A stretch of DNA of 64,000 nucleotides, taken from positions 1,760,001 through 1,824,000 of the forward strand of contig OY969474.1 of the NCBI GenBank assembly GCA_963700145.1. The letters are read 5' to 3'. The translations under genes and the position numbers were made by a program. The stretch comes from an uncultured Acidobacteriota bacterium. Its GTDB lineage: Bacteria > Acidobacteriota > Thermoanaerobaculia > Multivoradales > UBA5704. Every line of letters starts with the position of its first letter. Positions within the stretch are counted from its first letter, which is position 1. Below, in pieces: positions 60,536 through 64,000 of the stretch. Under the pieces are notes generated by a model. It saw nothing but the letters and a program-made list of their open reading frames with translations, was not told where the DNA came from and made no database searches.

Positions 60536-63500
60536 GTGAGGGATCGCAAGGCCGAGACGCTGCCGGGGGACCGGCCGGGCGAGGCGCCGGTGCCGCTGCC
60601 GCCGCGTCCGCCTCCCCCGCCGCCCCGCCGCGCGCGCGGCGCCAAGGCCCCGCCCTACGCCGAGCTGCGCGCCGCTTCCGCCTTCTCCTTCCTCGACGGC
60701 GCCTCGCTCCCCGAGGACCTGGTCGAGCAGGCCGCCGCCCTGGAGCTGCCGGCGGTGGCGCTGGTGGACGCGCAAGGGGTCTACGGCGCGCCGCGCTTCT
60801 ACCAGGCGGCGCGCCAGGCCGGCATCAGGGCGCTGGTCGGGGCGGAGGTGGCGATCGACCCGGCGCGGCCCGGGCGCCGCTCGGGGCCGCTGGGGCTGGT
60901 GGCGCCGCCGGAGACCGCCGCCGCGCCGCGCCCGGAGTCGCGCGCCGTGCCGCCGCCGGTGCCGCCGGGCGAGCGGCTCACCCTGCTCGTCGAGAGCCGC
61001 GCCGGCTACAAGAACCTCTGCCGCCTCCTCTCCGCCGCGGCGCGCGGCCGGCCCAAGGGGGAGGCGCGGGCCACCTGGGAGCTGGTCGCCGAGCATGCGG
61101 CCGGGCTGCGCTGCCTGACCGGCGGCCCCGACGGCCCGCTCGCCGCCGCCCTGCGCCAGGGCGGCGCGGAGCGCGGCCGCCGCCTGCTCGAGCGGCTCGG
61201 CCGCCTCTTCCCCGGCCGCCTCCACGTCGAGCTGCAGCGCCACCGCCGGCCCGAGGAGGAGCACGCCAACCGCGCCGCCGTCGAGCTGGCGCGCGCGCTC
61301 GGCCTGCCGCTCGTCGCCACCAACGGCGCCCGCTACGCGCGGCCGGAGGACAAGGCCCTCCACGACGTCCTCACCTGCATCCGCCACCACACGACCCTCG
61401 ACGCCGCCGGCACCCTCCTCGCCGCCCACCGCGAGCGGCACTTGAAGCCCGCCGCCGAGATGGCCCGCCGCTTCGCCGACCTCCCCGAGGCGGTCGCCGG
61501 CGCCGCCGAGCTCGCCGCGCGGCTCGACTTCACCTTGGCCGACCTGGGCTACCGCTTCCCCGACTACCCGCTGCCGCCCGGCGAGACGCCGGCCTCCTAC
61601 CTCCGCCACGTCACCTGGAACGGCGCCCGCGCCCGCTTCCGGCCGCTCACCGCGCGCGCCCAGGCGCAGCTCGAAAAGGAGCTGGCGCTGATCGAGAAGC
61701 TCGACCTCGCCGGGTACTTCCTGATCGTCTGGGACATGGTCCAGTTCTGCCAGCGCGAGTCGATCCTGGTGCAGGGGCGCGGCTCGGCGGCCAACAGCGC
61801 GGTCTGCTTCGCGCTCTCCATCACCGCCGTCGATCCGGTCAAGATGGACCTCCTCTTCGAGCGCTTCCTCTCCGAGGAGCGCGGCGAGTGGCCGGACATC
61901 GACCTCGACCTCCCCTCCGGCGACCAGCGCGAGAAGGTCATCCAGTACGTCTACCGCCGCTACGGCGAGCACGGCGCGGCGATGACCGCCAACGTCATCA
62001 CCTACCGCGACCGCTCGGCGACACGCGAGGTGGCGAAGGCCTTCGGCTACTCGGCCGAGCAGATCGACCGCCTCGCCGACCAGCTCGGCAGCTTCACCTA
62101 CGACCTGGCGCGCGGCGACCCCAAGTCCTTCGCCGCCGAGCTCGCCGCCGGCGGGCTCGACCCGCAGGAGGGGCGGGTGCGCCGCTTCGCCGACCTCTGG
62201 ACGCGCATCCACAACCTGCCGCGCCACCTGGGGCAGCACTCGGGGGGGATGGTGATCGCCGCCGGGCGGCTCGACGAGGTGGTGCCGCTCGAGCCGGCCG
62301 CGATGCCCGGGCGCGTCGTCGTGCAGTGGGACAAGGACGACTGCGCCGACCTGGGAATCGTCAAGGTGGACCTCCTGGGCCTCGGCATGCTCGCCGCCTT
62401 CGAGGAGATGGTGCCGGTGGTGCGCCGGCACGAGGGCACGCACCTCGACCTGGCCCAGCTCCCGGCCGACGACCCGGCGGTCTTCGCCATGCTCCGCCGC
62501 GCCGACACCGTGGGGGTCTTCCAGGTCGAGAGCCGCGCCCAGATGGCGTCGCTGCCGCGCAACGACCCCAAGCGCTTCTACGACATCGTGATCCAGGTCG
62601 CCATCATCCGCCCCGGCCCGATCGTCGGCAAGATGGCCCACCCCTACTTCGAGCGGCGGCAGGGGCGCGAGGCGGTGACCTACCCGCACCCGAGCCTGAA
62701 GCCGATCCTGGAGCGCACCCTCGGCGTGCCGCTCTTCCAGGAGCAGCTCCTGCGCATCGCCATGGTGGCCGCCGGCTTCACCGGCGGCGAGGCCGAGGAG
62801 CTGCGGCGGGCGATGGGGTTCAAGCGGTCGGTCGAGCGGATGCGCGCGATCGAGCGGCGGCTGCGCGACGGCATGACGGCGCGCGGCATCGCCGGCAAGA
62901 CGCAGGAGGAGATCGTCCACGCCATCACCGCCTTCGCCCTCTACGGCTTCCCCGAGTCGCACGCCGCGAGCTTCGCGCTCATCGCCTACGCCAGCGCCTA
63001 TCTCAAGGTCCACCACCCGACCGCCTTCTACCTCGGGCTGCTGAACGCCTGGCCGATGGGCTTCTACCACCCGGCGACCCTGGTCAAGGACGCCGAGCGG
63101 CACGGCGTCGAGGTGCGGCCGGTGGACGTCCAGCGCTCGGAGTGGAAGTGCGCCTGGGAGGAGCGGGAGGGCGGCGCGACCGGGCCGGCCGGGGCGTTGC
63201 GCGTGGGCTTCCGCTTCGTGCGCGGCCTGCGCGCCGCGGCGGGCCAGCGGATCGGCGCGGAGCGGGCGCGCGGCGGCGCCTTCCGCGACGCCGAGGACCT
63301 GGCCCGCCGCTGCGGGCTGCGCGAGGACGAGCTCGAGACGCTGGCCGCGATCGGCGCGCTCGGCGCCTTCGGCCTCAGCCGCCGCGCCGCGCTCTGGCAG
63401 GTGGCGCGGATCGCCCGCCCGGCCGGCCCGCTGCTCGACGCCCTGAAGGACACCGAGCCCTCGCCGCTCCCCGAGATGACCCCGGCCGAGGAGACCCTGG

Positions 63501-63892
63501 AAGACTTCGGCGGCACCCAGCTCACCCTCGGCCCGCACCCGGTCGCCTACCTGCGCGAAGCGCTGCGGCGGAAGGGCGTGGTAGCGGCAATCGACCTGCC
63601 GCGCTACCGCAACGGCGACCGCGTGCGGATTGCCGGCTCGGTCATCGTCCGCCAGCGCCCCGGCACCGCCAAGGGCCTCCTCTTCATCACCCTCGAGGAC
63701 GAGACCGGGATGTCGCAAGCCATCGTCCAGCCCGAGCTCCTCCAGAAGCACCGCCGCCTGGTCGTCGGCTCGTCGGGCCTGGTCGTCGAAGGGGTGCTCC
63801 AGAACCGCGACGGCTCGATCTCCGTCCGCGGCGAGCGCTTCTGGGGGCTACAAGAGCTGGCGGCGGCGACGCCGAGCTATGACTTCCACTGA
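60536..63892 (+). CDS. dnaE2: Error-prone DNA polymerase (DnaE2/ImuC)
   Basis: YAELRAASAFSFLDGAS PHP start, GRGSAANS, PDIDLD, VRQRPGTAKG OB fold, terminal SYDFH motif typical of DnaE2. Confidence 0.95.
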   Translation: MRDRKAETLPGDRPGEAPVPLPPRPPPPPPRRARGAKAPPYAELRAASAFSFLDGASLPEDLVEQAAALELPAVALVDAQGVYGAPRFYQAARQAGIRALVGAEVAIDPARPGRRSGPLGLVAPPETAAAPRPESRAVPPPVPPGERLTLLVESRAGYKNLCRLLSAAARGRPKGEARATWELVAEHAAGLRCLTGGPDGPLAAALRQGGAERGRRLLERLGRLFPGRLHVELQRHRRPEEEHANRAAVELARALGLPLVATNGARYARPEDKALHDVLTCIRHHTTLDAAGTLLAAHRERHLKPAAEMARRFADLPEAVAGAAELAARLDFTLADLGYRFPDYPLPPGETPASYLRHVTWNGARARFRPLTARAQAQLEKELALIEKLDLAGYFLIVWDMVQFCQRESILVQGRGSAANSAVCFALSITAVDPVKMDLLFERFLSEERGEWPDIDLDLPSGDQREKVIQYVYRRYGEHGAAMTANVITYRDRSATREVAKAFGYSAEQIDRLADQLGSFTYDLARGDPKSFAAELAAGGLDPQEGRVRRFADLWTRIHNLPRHLGQHSGGMVIAAGRLDEVVPLEPAAMPGRVVVQWDKDDCADLGIVKVDLLGLGMLAAFEEMVPVVRRHEGTHLDLAQLPADDPAVFAMLRRADTVGVFQVESRAQMASLPRNDPKRFYDIVIQVAIIRPGPIVGKMAHPYFERRQGREAVTYPHPSLKPILERTLGVPLFQEQLLRIAMVAAGFTGGEAEELRRAMGFKRSVERMRAIERRLRDGMTARGIAGKTQEEIVHAITAFALYGFPESHAASFALIAYASAYLKVHHPTAFYLGLLNAWPMGFYHPATLVKDAERHGVEVRPVDVQRSEWKCAWEEREGGATGPAGALRVGFRFVRGLRAAAGQRIGAERARGGAFRDAEDLARRCGLREDELETLAAIGALGAFGLSRRAALWQVARIARPAGPLLDALKDTEPSPLPEMTPAEETLEDFGGTQLTLGPHPVAYLREALRRKGVVAAIDLPRYRNGDRVRIAGSVIVRQRPGTAKGLLFITLEDETGMSQAIVQPELLQKHRRLVVGSSGLVVEGVLQNRDGSISVRGERFWGLQELAAATPSYDFH

Positions 63893-63900
63893 AACGCGGG

Positions 63901-64000
63901 CTACGGCTTGGGCGGCGGATCGGGAGCGGAGGCGAAATCCCGCACTCGAGGGCTTGGGGCAGGACCCGGGCAGCGCCGAGCAGGATGAGCTTGTGAAGCG
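63901..64000 (-). CDS. Possible 3' end of an unidentified gene entering from the right edge
   Basis: Open minus frame ending ...DFASAPDPPPKP-TAG at 63901; too short to assign. Confidence 0.3.
   Translation of the reverse strand, partial: ASQAHPARRCPGPAPSPRVRDFASAPDPPPKP

Noticed and set aside
56489-63882. 1104-, 1081- and 1121-aa alternative ORFs
   Set aside because: Antisense or off-frame to the NYN, BNR and dnaE2 genes.

Overview
High-GC bacterial chromosome segment. Gene order and protein style suggest Acidobacteriota, possibly Thermoanaerobaculia; this is an inference. The housekeeping backbone comprises bamA, clpC, lolD/lolCE, lysS, a purine nucleoside phosphorylase, hpt, ridA, ltaE, ribE, ribD, ftsY, aroB, rne, glgX and dnaE2. 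Four accessory blocks interrupt it. (1) 2.1-10.75 kb: an ECF sigma factor, a membrane anti-sigma-like protein, a TPR-CHAT (caspase-like) protease with a lipoprotein signal, a subtilase lipoprotein and a three-gene lectin-like/DUF1360/small Cys-protein operon. Three identically spaced copies of TGTCAG-N17-CGAA(G/A)GA tie these together as a candidate ECF regulon, and this is the best candidate for an undescribed system. (2) 13.3-15.5 kb: a lipoprotein tyrosinase preceded by a stand-alone lipoprotein copy of its own C-terminal shielding domain. (3) 19.9-28.6 kb: two giant proteins of unknown function, one frameshifted. (4) 34-39.2 kb, between ribD and ribE: three toxin-antitoxin pairs (two decayed), an integron-type gene cassette with degenerate attC ends, a frameshifted DUF2971 gene and a ~650-bp array of 21-bp palindromic repeats. 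Two REP-like families, a sigma-54 promoter and many apparently leaderless genes are also visible. No rRNA, tRNA, CRISPR array or integrase was seen. All family assignments come from motif recognition by eye; no database searches were run.
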